Shown here in pieces: positions 6,513 through 15,460 of a stretch of DNA of 15,564 nucleotides. Position numbers and translations under genes: made by a program. Numbering within the stretch: position 1 is the first letter of the stretch; each line of letters begins with the position of its first letter. The notes beneath the pieces are model-generated. The model worked only from the letters and a program-made list of their open reading frames with translations. It did not search any database and had not been told where the DNA came from. The DNA is from Phycisphaerales bacterium (GTDB taxonomy: Bacteria > Planctomycetota > Phycisphaerae > WQYP01): the NCBI GenBank assembly GCA_027451365.1, contig DAIDJN010000045.1, forward strand, positions 1 through 15,564. The letters run 5' to 3'.

Positions 6513-7103
6513 AATCGAATCCTTTGTTTAGACAGGGAAGCATTTTCATGCCGATTTGATTGCCAATCAGACCGCAATCACATTGTTCAAGCTAAAGTCC
6601 GGCCGCCCCATTTTTTGCGGGAACACAGGAACAAATCGCACTGCCGATACAGATTATTTTTTGCCCCGCAAATTTATTTTAGGCGTCCAGCGACCAAGGC
6701 AGCAGAACAAAATGCCAAAAGCCCTGGGAATTTTCTGCAGATTCATTCTTGAAATGCCGTTGCCTGCTCCAAGAGCCATCATTATTCGCATAACGGAAAT
6801 AATAGCGCCACGCCTGCCCGCAAAAAAAAGTTATTTTTTTATGAACCGGTCGTATAACTCGTGCGTAAGATTGATAAACAGCGGTCCGGCTTAACTTGGC
6901 CCACCGCAAATGGTTTCCTTCCTTCTCCCCCACGAACGCCGGTGGCCGCCTCCCTGCGGCCATCGGCCTTTTTTTGATCGGGCGGTTCCGATTCTTAAAA
7001 TGCGCAGGATAGTTCAGCTCGGATTTTTCCGGGAAAAAAAATCCTGCCATGATCAGGCGGACAAACACAATTTTGGAAAGCTCTATTGAAACCCTGTACC
7101 GTA

Positions 7104-7814
7104 CTATTTCCGGTAAACCAGCATCAGCAGCAGAATAATCAATGAAATCAGCGACATGATAAATGCGGAATTGATCATCCAAGTATGGCGGTTGCGAGCT
7201 TTTTGATTCCATTCCTGAACCTGAAGCAGCGCAAAGGCGCACGTATCGCGCACCTGCTGCAGGCATTCCACGGCATGATTATTGGCCGCCTGAAGCCGGT
7301 CCACCATCATAGAGAAACGATTAAAGGACTCGACCAGTTGTCGGTCCAGTTCATTTCCAGTTTCAAGTTGTTCGCGAATGGCTGTGATGGCGGCAACGGC
7401 ATCTTTTGAATTTCCCGGCAGCGCATTGAGTGTATCGTTTAGCTTTTTCTGACGCTGGGCATGCATGGACATGCGGTCGTTAATCACCTGCAACGTATCG
7501 GCCTGAAGGCGGCTGGTTTGTGGCAAAGCTTCTACGGCATGGGGCAAAGTGCCCAGCCGCGTTAACAGTTCTTCCTGCCGCTGCAATTGCCCGTCCAGGG
7601 CGGAACGAAGTTCCTGTACTGTTTGCAGAAGCGAATCGTAACTGTGCTGTAATTTGTAGGAATTTGGTTCCGGCGTGATTCCAGCAGGCCCGACGCGCCG
7701 CAGCACATCCGGATTTGCACCATCTGTTGCGACGGTGTTCTGGTACGCTTCATAGTTGATAACGGTCGGATTATCCGAACCGATCATTTTCCGAAAATTG
7801 TTCATCAGGCTCAT
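7104..7814 (-). CDS. Hypothetical coiled-coil protein with a single C-terminal TM anchor
   Basis: 236 aa rich in Q/L/E/R heptad-like helices, ending in AFIMSLISLIILLLMLVYRK. No N-terminal signal peptide. Confidence 0.75.
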   Translation of the reverse strand: MSLMNNFRKMIGSDNPTVINYEAYQNTVATDGANPDVLRRVGPAGITPEPNSYKLQHSYDSLLQTVQELRSALDGQLQRQEELLTRLGTLPHAVEALPQTSRLQADTLQVINDRMSMHAQRQKKLNDTLNALPGNSKDAVAAITAIREQLETGNELDRQLVESFNRFSMMVDRLQAANNHAVECLQQVRDTCAFALLQVQEWNQKARNRHTWMINSAFIMSLISLIILLLMLVYRK

Positions 7815-7980
7815 AATATCATCCGGTTTCCGTATGAAACGCTCCGCCTGAGCATTCCAGCGTATTCATTTGGGCTGCCCTGGCAAAAAACTCCAGCCAG
7901 ACCAATGAGTATACCAACGCGGCATCGAAAAGTTGAATGCAAATAAAATATTTTTGCGTTTGCGAATATACCGCCGCGTT

Positions 7981-9435
7981 TTACCGCGTTTCGCCGGACA
8001 CGCCCCCAGATTTAACCGCATTGCCGGCAATCTGACCTAAGGGTTGATACATCATGGCCAGATAGATGATCGCATACAACTGGATGGGCGCAATTTCCAG
8101 AGGATAGTCAAAAGTTGAATGGCAAAACAGCCCCAAAAGCGCCACCCATGCACACGACCGAAACACGGACTCCGACGACCAATCCGGACCGTCGGCACGA
8201 GCCGATCGCAACGAATTAACAAGCCACCCGCATAGAATACCGGCCCAAGCCAGACCGCCCGCCCATCCGAATTCAACCAGATTTTGCAAGTAATCTTCAC
8301 TGGCGTAGCTCCATTGACTGACATGATGCCCAGGCTGGTAGAAGGTCTGAATCCAGTGGTCATAAAGCGCGGGAATCCAATGGTGGGATATCGGAAAGCG
8401 CAATTTGAAACTGCCCGCGCCAGAACCAAAGATCGGGTGCGTTGTCATCATGCCCCAACTCACACGCCATGCCAGAACACGGCTGGAATGCAGCGTATCA
8501 AAATAACTCGCAAACGAATGCCATCGGGGATTCAAATAAAATGTTCCAACTCCGGCAGCAAGCACCACTGCTGCGCCTGCCAATGCCACGCTCCAGCAAG
8601 CCACCCGATTTGCCGAAGCGGCCCCTGATCGGGTCAGATCGGCTTTTGCAAACCGGCGGTACAGAATAAGAATCAGGATCGCCATTTCGCCCAGGCCGAT
8701 TAACACGGCACCACGCGACACATTTGTGATAAGCCCCAGCAGTGTGACCATCGCCGCGAAGAAAAAGAAAAGGCCCCATTTGCGACCCTTTTTGCTCGTC
8801 AGGAACAGTCCCGCCAGACCGACCTGAGCAGGAATGGCCAGATTCAAAAATGCCCCGGCGATGCCATGATAATTAAACGGGCCAAATGGCGATGTCGGAA
8901 AGCTTGGCTTATGCACCATGGCCGGCAGCCAGCCCCAACGGGAAATCAGGCCATAGCACGCGACGCTCGCACCAACAATCGCCATTAAATGCCAGACCAC
9001 CCTCCGCCAGTTACAGCGGCCCATCAGATCAACCGCAATCAGCAGTGCCAGAAGAATAGCCGTAATATGAATCATTGAGGCGACCGCAATCGATCGGTCG
9101 GAAGCTCCGGGCAGAAACGGAACCGGCGGTTGCGTTGGCAGCAATTGATGTGTGTGCGGGTCATAGGCACTCCGCGCATTGAATGCCATGAACCAGCCCT
9201 GAAGCAGAATCCAGCCGGTGCAGACCTGCAAAATGCGCGGGATTTTTGGCCTCTGCAAGGCCCCTATCCAGGACAATATCCAGAACACCCCCCCAGCACC
9301 CAATAGAATTTCCAGACCCGCCAAGGGCATTGGCCAGACGCAGCCCCACGCCCATGGAGCATACACAATTGCAATGCAGATAATGCCGCCGACGACGCGG
9401 CGAAGGAAACATTGGAAACCCTGACTGCCATTCAT
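7981..9435 (-). CDS. O-antigen ligase (Wzy_C) family membrane protein
   Basis: Many TM segments. Contains GPFNY....GAFLNL, T.SRG, R...W........HPIFGSGAGSF, a DYLQ.LVEFG..G segment and H...DYPL. Confidence 0.85.
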   Translation of the reverse strand: MNGSQGFQCFLRRVVGGIICIAIVYAPWAWGCVWPMPLAGLEILLGAGGVFWILSWIGALQRPKIPRILQVCTGWILLQGWFMAFNARSAYDPHTHQLLPTQPPVPFLPGASDRSIAVASMIHITAILLALLIAVDLMGRCNWRRVVWHLMAIVGASVACYGLISRWGWLPAMVHKPSFPTSPFGPFNYHGIAGAFLNLAIPAQVGLAGLFLTSKKGRKWGLFFFFAAMVTLLGLITNVSRGAVLIGLGEMAILILILYRRFAKADLTRSGAASANRVACWSVALAGAAVVLAAGVGTFYLNPRWHSFASYFDTLHSSRVLAWRVSWGMMTTHPIFGSGAGSFKLRFPISHHWIPALYDHWIQTFYQPGHHVSQWSYASEDYLQNLVEFGWAGGLAWAGILCGWLVNSLRSARADGPDWSSESVFRSCAWVALLGLFCHSTFDYPLEIAPIQLYAIIYLAMMYQPLGQIAGNAVKSGGVSGETR

Positions 9436-9551
9436 TGAAGCTACCTGCGGGACGGTTGAGGTGGTTGGCGTCGCACTCTGCCGACGGCCGCGGGCGTAAG
9501 AACCGCTGGCCCGTACGAGCCGGTCGAGTCACGGGCAACGGCGTGTCATGG

Positions 9552-9968
9552 TTAAAGCCGAAAGGTCGCCTCTGAAGGCTTTATCTGCCGTTGGGGAGGC
9601 TCGAACACCTGATTCATATCGTACACATGATCAAAATCATTTAAGGAATCCTGCGGCGTTTTCCGCATAATTCCATCTTCCACCATGGCGAACACAATGC
9701 GACCAAAATCTTCCGTTCGATTGATATTCCAGTGCCGCAGCACTGCGCGGGCCATCACACCATACCGCCGAATGGCGAAATCGCGCAACCCCCAGGAAAG
9801 TTGCTGGCCCGTAATGTGACGCTGTGGTTCTTCGGCGGTTTTTTCCGCCTCATGAATCCGCGACACGGCATACGCCAGGCCGTGGCGAACAAATTCAAAA
9901 GCCTCGGGCGGGTAAATTCCTGTATTTCGGGCAATCTGCTTCAGGGTTTTCTTTTCTAGTTTGTTCAT
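9552..9968 (-). CDS. Minf_1886 family (Planctomycetes/Verrucomicrobia conserved hypothetical, TIGR04138-type)
   Basis: YP.EAF.FV..GL, RHITGQQL..G.R..A...YG.MA..VL..W.I..TEDFG.IVF.MV..G and DS..DF..VYD. Confidence 0.88.
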   Translation of the reverse strand: MNKLEKKTLKQIARNTGIYPPEAFEFVRHGLAYAVSRIHEAEKTAEEPQRHITGQQLSWGLRDFAIRRYGVMARAVLRHWNINRTEDFGRIVFAMVEDGIMRKTPQDSLNDFDHVYDMNQVFEPPQRQIKPSEATFRL

Positions 9969-10279
9969 GCACTCACCGATCCCTTTCCCGCAAACTCCAA
10001 GTGCGTTAACCGTCCGGCGTGGCCGGTCTTCATGTCATGCCGCCAAGTTGGTTATAACTCTACCGCCCTTCGCCTTCAAGTCGCGCAAAGGTTGTGTCCC
10101 CCGGATCCAGGTTGGTTGCAGCGGCTGACACTATTTTTTCACAAGAACCGAATCCGGCCAGTTCAGACTCCCAATCGGGGCCGATTTGCACTAAAATATA
10201 CGCTGTGGAAAAAAAATCCGGTCGGTCCGGGAAATTCCGCATTTAATCGGAGTTCCGCTTGGTTAATGTTTCTGAAACT

Positions 10280-10834
10280 ATGACTGCCAGCGGTTTGGGT
10301 AGGCCCAAACGCCAGCCAAATCGGGACCTGTTTATCGGCATAGTTCTGCTGGCCATTTTTGCCGTGTGGTTCAGCGCAAAGGGCATGCGCAGCCGGGGTG
10401 ATCTTCTCCATCCAGTTCCGATACTGCCCACCGTAAAAATGCGGATCAATCAATGCACATTCACCTTGTGGGTAGCTGCTACGGGCGCCCAGCAGGAAAA
10501 AGGCCTTATGAATATATCCAGCCTGTCCGCCAGCCAGGGCATGATATTTGTGTTCCAGCCGCCGCAGAACGCAAGATTCTGGATGAAAGATACGCTGATA
10601 CCCCTGGATATTCTTTTTCTGCGAAAATCAGGAAAAGTGACGAATTGCACGACCATGCCGGTGGACAATGGCAAAACAATATATCGCAGTCGCGGCCCAA
10701 TTTCCTTTGCCATTGAATTGAAGGCCGGTTCCATTCACCGATGCGGCCTGCATGAAGGAATGGTAATCAAATTACCTCTGCGACAGCTTAAAGCGATATC
10801 GTCAGCCGCCAGCCGGGAAGTGAGCCGTCCATGA
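10280..10834 (+). CDS. DUF192 family exported/membrane-anchored protein
   Basis: N-terminal hydrophobic segment, then VA.T...Q.KGLM, GMIFVF, FWMKDT.IPLDILF and AIEL.AG. ATG 10280 preferred over TTG 10259. Confidence 0.9.
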   Translation: MTASGLGRPKRQPNRDLFIGIVLLAIFAVWFSAKGMRSRGDLLHPVPILPTVKMRINQCTFTLWVAATGAQQEKGLMNISSLSASQGMIFVFQPPQNARFWMKDTLIPLDILFLRKSGKVTNCTTMPVDNGKTIYRSRGPISFAIELKAGSIHRCGLHEGMVIKLPLRQLKAISSAASREVSRP

Positions 10835-11682
10835 GCAGGCCAGGCGTATCGACGGCAGTTGTCCGTCACCATCGCGTGCTGTTCGTCCAGCGGTTCTTTC
10901 GTGAAATAAAGCCGACCCGACCGATCCATTATCTGGCGATATTTGGCGGACTATTTGCCGGCTTTTTTCTGCTGCTCGTGCTGCTGGTCGTCAGTTCGCC
11001 TGGCTGGTATCGCCCACTGAATCCGATTCACCGCCAGGTGCGCGACAATGCCAATCACGCACAGGCCTCTTTTCTGGCTTTGCGCAACGAATTACAAAAT
11101 CCGCGGCTAAGCCGCATCACCTGGCGGATCACACAGGACGAAATAAATTCGCTGCTGGCGGTCACACTGGAAAATGTTCAGCACGGTCGCCAGCACAATT
11201 CCGCAACAGCCTCGTTGGCCAATCCGTTTATACATTTTGAAAATAATACCATCGTTTTCGCGATTCAGGACAACCGCCTGCCATTTCGCCCGCTGGTGAC
11301 TATGGCTGTGAGTGTGCGCATGATGCCGATAGCTGCCGACCACGAACCAAGGGCGCGGGTTCGCATCCGGTCCCTGCACATCGGCCTGCTGCCGATGCCC
11401 AGGTCCTTTGTGATGCAAAAGGTCGCAGGCTTGCAGCCGGAGGTTGGCCAGTCTCTTCGCCAGACGCTGGCGGTTTACGCGGGTGCCGGATATGCCAAAT
11501 CCGCGGCACCACAAATTATGAATTGGCTGGCATCCATACTGGCCGGGAAGCCTTTTCCCATGGAAATACAATCAAAATACCGGCGCCTCTATATTGCGCG
11601 AATTTCTGTCCGTGGCACCCGCACTGGTCAGCGCGGCAACACCGACCCTCCTGAGCTGACTATTGAATTTGCGGCAAATTGA
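10831..11682 (+). CDS. Hypothetical protein with an N-terminal TM segment
   Basis: 283-aa ORF overlapping the upstream stop (ATGA). TM LAIFGGLFAGFFLLLVLLVV followed by P.WY, W.ITQDEINSLL and IG.LP.P. Confidence 0.75.
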   Translation: MSRPGVSTAVVRHHRVLFVQRFFREIKPTRPIHYLAIFGGLFAGFFLLLVLLVVSSPGWYRPLNPIHRQVRDNANHAQASFLALRNELQNPRLSRITWRITQDEINSLLAVTLENVQHGRQHNSATASLANPFIHFENNTIVFAIQDNRLPFRPLVTMAVSVRMMPIAADHEPRARVRIRSLHIGLLPMPRSFVMQKVAGLQPEVGQSLRQTLAVYAGAGYAKSAAPQIMNWLASILAGKPFPMEIQSKYRRLYIARISVRGTRTGQRGNTDPPELTIEFAAN

Positions 11683-11703
11683 CGGATAAGGGCGGTAGTT
11701 GGA

Positions 11704-12705
11704 ATGCGCAGGCAAGAGATACAGACAGTTCTGGACGCTGCGGGCAGCGGGCCGAAGCACCATTTTGGCCAAAATTTCATGATGGACGAATCCATGCTGG
11801 CGGCCATTATGGCGGAGGCGGACATCACACCCGCTGATACGATTCTAGAAGTCGGTCCGGGGCCGGGAAACCTGACAAGCCTACTGGCCCGGCGCGCGGC
11901 TGCGGTCCTGGCGGTGGATGTGGATCAACCGCTATTGCGGGCTGCGTCCGGTTATTGGTCAGCCGAAAAAAACATCCGTTGGCTGTGCGCCGATGTGCTT
12001 GCGGGCAAGCACCAGGTCAACCCTGTTGTAATCCGTGAATTAAATCGACTCGTACAAGAGTATATGTCGTGCCGGTCCAGCGTCAAGCTGGTTTCCAACC
12101 TGCCCTATAATGTCGCAAGTCCGCTTGTCGCGGAACTGCTCGTATTGCAGTGTTTAACCGGACCGATTGCCACGATTGACGGCGCGCCGGGCTTCCACTT
12201 GGAACGAATGGTGTTTACGGTTCAATGGGAAGTGGCCCAGCGCATGGCCGCCACACCCGGTACAGCCGACTATGGCGGACTAGGCGTTCTGATTCAACTG
12301 CTGGCACGCGTGGAAGTGCTGCGGTCAATTGCACCTGGTTGCTTCTGGCCCCCACCCAAAATCCGGTCCGCACTGGTGCGGATAACCCCGGATCACGACT
12401 TAATGATAAAAGTAGCCCATGTTCGATGGCTTCAGATCGTCATCACCCGCCTGTTTTCGCACCGGCGGCAGAATCTGGCAAACGCCCTGCGGCACGGCTT
12501 TAAAAATCTTTCGTTTCCGGCCCTTTCTGCCGCCGCAACGGGAGTCGGGTGCGATCTGCGAGCACGGGCCGAAACACTTCCTCCTGAACGGCTGCGGCAA
12601 CTGGCGGACGCACTTTGGAGTGTCGATGGCGCGGCCGATTCCATGCGGCGGATAACCGGCGAACAGGAAAAAGACCGGCCCTCATCGGAATCAATATTCC
12701 ATTGA
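11704..12705 (+). CDS. rsmA: 16S rRNA (adenine1518/1519-N6)-dimethyltransferase
   Basis: FGQNFM, LEVGPGPG.LT, VSNLPY.VASP, Q.EVA.R..A.PGT..YG.L, F.PPPK..S, F..RR..L.N.L, RAE.L. Confidence 0.95.
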   Translation: MRRQEIQTVLDAAGSGPKHHFGQNFMMDESMLAAIMAEADITPADTILEVGPGPGNLTSLLARRAAAVLAVDVDQPLLRAASGYWSAEKNIRWLCADVLAGKHQVNPVVIRELNRLVQEYMSCRSSVKLVSNLPYNVASPLVAELLVLQCLTGPIATIDGAPGFHLERMVFTVQWEVAQRMAATPGTADYGGLGVLIQLLARVEVLRSIAPGCFWPPPKIRSALVRITPDHDLMIKVAHVRWLQIVITRLFSHRRQNLANALRHGFKNLSFPALSAAATGVGCDLRARAETLPPERLRQLADALWSVDGAADSMRRITGEQEKDRPSSESIFH

Positions 12706-12731
12706 CCATCAAATAATATAAGGATATTTAT

Positions 12732-13604
12732 ATGTCTGATTATGTATTGCTTAATGGCGAAATTATCCCTTATGACCAGGCTCGGATAGCGCCGTTTGAC
12801 AGCGGCTTTCTGCACGGAATCGGCCTCTTTGAAACCATGCGGGCTTCCAATGGGAGTGTGCCTCTGCTGGAACGGCATCTGGGGCGACTGCATACAAGCT
12901 GCCGGGAATTGGACCTGGCGGTCGAACTGGATTCAACCATAATTGCCGCCCAGATTGCCGAGTTGCTGGAGGCCAACGACCTGACCGATGCGCGCCTCCG
13001 TCTGACCGTGTCACACGGAGACATGATGGCCGCCAATGAGGAGCATCCTGATCCGCCACGAACGGTGCTGATTTCCGCAGCGCCCTTCAGTCCTTATCCG
13101 GAAACGCTGTATGAAAAAGGAATGACCGTGGAGGTAAGCAGCTTTTATCAGAATCCGATGTCTCCCCTCTGCGGTCATAAAACCACAAGCTATATGGACC
13201 GTATGTTCGCGCTGCGCGGCGCACAAAAGACCGGCGCGGGCGAGGCGCTGTGGTTTAGCGCTTCGGAAAAGTGGCTCGCGGAAGGATGTATCAGCAACGT
13301 ATTCCTGGTGAATAAGGCCGGCGAGGTCTTTACCCCCCCGCTCAGGGTTCCCGAAAGACCCGAACTTAGACTTGTGCTTCCAGGAATTATGCGACAGCGG
13401 GTTCTGGAATTGGCAGCGGTGGAAGGAATAAGGATACTGGAAAAGCTGCTGCGCGTAGAAGATGTACTGCTGGCTTCGGAAATCTTTATCACCAACAGCA
13501 TCATGGGAATCATGCCTGTGGTCCGGGTGGAACGGCATGCGGTTGGAACTGAAAGACCAGGAGAGCAAACCCGCCGACTGCGTGCGATCCTGTTAGCTCA
13601 TTGA
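12732..13604 (+). CDS. Class IV PLP-dependent aminotransferase (IlvE/PabC/D-amino-acid aminotransferase family)
   Basis: D.GFLHG.GLFET, HL.RL, HKTTSY (PLP Lys), EG..SNVF, LPGI.R, EIFITNS..GI.PV. AAGGA RBS. Confidence 0.93.
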   Translation: MSDYVLLNGEIIPYDQARIAPFDSGFLHGIGLFETMRASNGSVPLLERHLGRLHTSCRELDLAVELDSTIIAAQIAELLEANDLTDARLRLTVSHGDMMAANEEHPDPPRTVLISAAPFSPYPETLYEKGMTVEVSSFYQNPMSPLCGHKTTSYMDRMFALRGAQKTGAGEALWFSASEKWLAEGCISNVFLVNKAGEVFTPPLRVPERPELRLVLPGIMRQRVLELAAVEGIRILEKLLRVEDVLLASEIFITNSIMGIMPVVRVERHAVGTERPGEQTRRLRAILLAH

Positions 13605-13623
13605 CCGGTTAGCTCATTGATCG
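13592..13623 (+). repeat. 16-bp tandem duplication spanning the aminotransferase stop codon
   Basis: GTTAGCTCATTGACCG followed directly by GTTAGCTCATTGATCG (1 mismatch). Confidence 0.85.
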
Positions 13624-13641
13624 GCATCAGAAAATATTTTT

Positions 13642-13651
13642 TGTGCGCACA
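13642..13651. promoter_or_regulatory. Palindrome TGTGCGCACA, candidate LacI-family operator
   Basis: Perfect 10-bp palindrome with a central CG, identical to the one at 15433-15442 upstream of the LacI-family gene. Confidence 0.6.
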
Positions 13652-13923
13652 TCAATGGCATTCTCATTATTTTTCAATCCTTTAGTATGGCATATTTATT
13701 TACGAAAAGGTCATGTCAATTGAATTTTTTCTAAGCGCTAATTCAGTTAGGTCGCTGGCTGTCACCGAGTCGCATCATTCATAAAAAATCACATCCAGAT
13801 GAAATATACGCCTATATTATGAGATTCTAGCGATCCTAAGTCGGGATCGAAGACGGCCATACAATCACGTAAAATATGTGCGCAACACATGTACAAAATA
13901 TCAAATAATATTCGATATTATTC

Positions 13924-13952
13924 TTGACACTTGCGCATTTATGTAGTATAAG
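13924..13952 (+). promoter_or_regulatory. Putative strong sigma70 promoter for the PEP-CTERM gene
   Basis: TTGACA-N17-TATAAG with an AT-rich upstream tract. The spacer contains a TGCGCA core. Confidence 0.7.
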
Positions 13953-14140
13953 TATTTTTCCAACATGCGTTCAGAAGCATGAAATATGGCTAAAGCCGCG
14001 AGCGATTCGCCCATTCGATATGAAGCAGATTCGGCTCGGTTTGCGGCTTAAAGGCAAAATTTTGCTCGCGTAAACGCGCGGCGTTCGGCAGTTTTTGAAA
14101 AAGCTTTTGTGATTCCCGCCTTCTGCGGCCAAGCGGCTCG

Positions 14141-14169
14141 TTGCTGCGACGGTCGCGGGGCAATTTTTT
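14141..14169 (+). terminator. Possible intrinsic terminator/attenuator hairpin just upstream of the PEP-CTERM RBS
   Basis: TTGCTGCGA-CGG-TCGCGGGGCAA imperfect stem followed by T6, then AGGAG at 14171. Confidence 0.35.
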
Positions 14170-14183
14170 CAGGAGTGAGAATT

Positions 14184-15113
14184 ATGATTCTCAAATCTTC
14201 AGGTCGTATTGTCGCCGCTGCCGCCCTTTTGGGAGGCTTCTGTTCCCTTGCGGGCACCGCCCACGCCAACAGCGTGGGTGTGAAGATTGCAGAAACTGGT
14301 GATGGTTACACGTTCCCAGCTTTCGCCGGAACTGCAGGCGTCACAATCGCCAACGGTGGCAGCGGCAATTATGCACAGGCAAACTGGAACAACATTTCCG
14401 GCGAGGAAGGCACCAAGATCACCAGCGGTTCATTGACCTCCCTGACTGACAACACCGGCGCAGCGGCCACCGGAGTCGGCGGCAATCCGATTACATTCAG
14501 TTACACTACGGCTCATTACATTAACGCCACCAAGTCGGTCACTTCCAGCAACAATGCCACCGCATCTGCAGACCAAATGCTTGTGTCTGGTGCCATTGAA
14601 AATGACGAAGGTACGTTAGCCACCGCCGAATTCAGCAACGTTGAATCGGGGACATATTCAGTCGTTATTTACACGACATTCCAAGGCAGCGGAGCCTACA
14701 GTGGCGCGGCGAATTTCAGTGTCAATGGCGGTTCGGCAGTCACTCTTCTGGAACAGAGCGGCACGGCCTTTGCAAATCCGACCGTGTGGCTGAGTAATCC
14801 GGGCGCAACATCCACCTCAAGCGCGGTCAGCAATTATTATGTTTTCAAGGGCATTACGCCGGATGCCAACGGAAATATCACGCTCAGTTGGAGTAAGAAT
14901 TCGCTTGGTGGCACCGACGGCAGCGGTAACGGACTCGACGCCATTCAACTGGTTTCACCCGCTAGCGCGCCCGAACCAGCTTCCTTGGCGCTGCTTGCTT
15001 TGCCGGTTGCGGGTCTGCTGCTGGCGCGGCGCAAACAACCAGCGACAGCCGGACGATGCGAGGCTCCGCCTGCGCTGGAAATGCACAAAATCTCGTTTGG
15101 ACGGGCGGAGTAA
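14184..15113 (+). CDS. PEP-CTERM sorting-domain exported protein
   Basis: AGGAG RBS and ATG 14184. Signal peptide ending AHA, then a S/T/G/N/A-rich beta-type body, then APEPASLALLALPVAGLLLARRK sorting signal plus a ~25-aa tail. Confidence 0.9.
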   Translation: MILKSSGRIVAAAALLGGFCSLAGTAHANSVGVKIAETGDGYTFPAFAGTAGVTIANGGSGNYAQANWNNISGEEGTKITSGSLTSLTDNTGAAATGVGGNPITFSYTTAHYINATKSVTSSNNATASADQMLVSGAIENDEGTLATAEFSNVESGTYSVVIYTTFQGSGAYSGAANFSVNGGSAVTLLEQSGTAFANPTVWLSNPGATSTSSAVSNYYVFKGITPDANGNITLSWSKNSLGGTDGSGNGLDAIQLVSPASAPEPASLALLALPVAGLLLARRKQPATAGRCEAPPALEMHKISFGRAE

Positions 15114-15424
15114 TCCGCGGGCGCTCGCGTCAGCCGACCCGATTCCCCGTCGATGGTGTATGACCTGTGTAACCATCCGCACAGCTCGCCACGCCTGGCG
15201 AAAGTGTCGCCACCGCGCCCGTTTGAACTTTCGCGCTGCGCGAAAAGGAGGTCGAATTTATGGATAATTTGCCCGCAGAAACCGAGCGCCTTTCATGGAA
15301 GTCTCTCGAAATGGACCGCACGGCTGGGCAACCCACCGGAAGCGGTTCAGTTGGAACTGACAAGCTCTTACTTCCGGCGGCAGGAGGCAACGTAACGGTA
15401 ACCTTTAACACCGATTCCCCCCCA

Positions 15425-15453
15425 TTGCAATCTGTGCGCACAAAGCATATTTT
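15425..15453 (+). promoter_or_regulatory. Putative promoter of the LacI-family gene with operator TGTGCGCACA (15433-15442) in the spacer
   Basis: TTGCAA-N17-TATTTT. The perfect palindrome lies between the hexamers; the ATG follows 7 nt after the -10. Confidence 0.55.
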
Positions 15454-15460
15454 AAGCACG

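Noticed and set aside
6538..6566. Sigma54 promoter upstream of the ferritin-like gene (CGGCATGAAAATGCT)
   Set aside because: GG-to-GC spacing is 9 nt rather than the required 10.
6556..7266. ORFs 6556-6894 (+) and 6679-7266 (-)
   Set aside because: They run through homopolymer-rich intergenic DNA or overlap the better-supported 7104-7814 gene, and lack protein-like features.
2774..13604. Numerous antisense or alternate-frame ORFs inside hemL, purU, the ligase, rsmA and the aminotransferase
   Set aside because: Shadow ORFs expected in GC-rich coding DNA; they fully overlap well-supported genes.
14050..14135. c-di-GMP-I riboswitch suggested by AAGGCAAA
   Set aside because: The GNRA-capped P2 and GACGCAAAGC elements of the consensus are not present.
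14109..14183. GTG start at 14109 for the PEP-CTERM gene
   Set aside because: ATG 14184 has an AGGAG RBS and gives a proper signal peptide.
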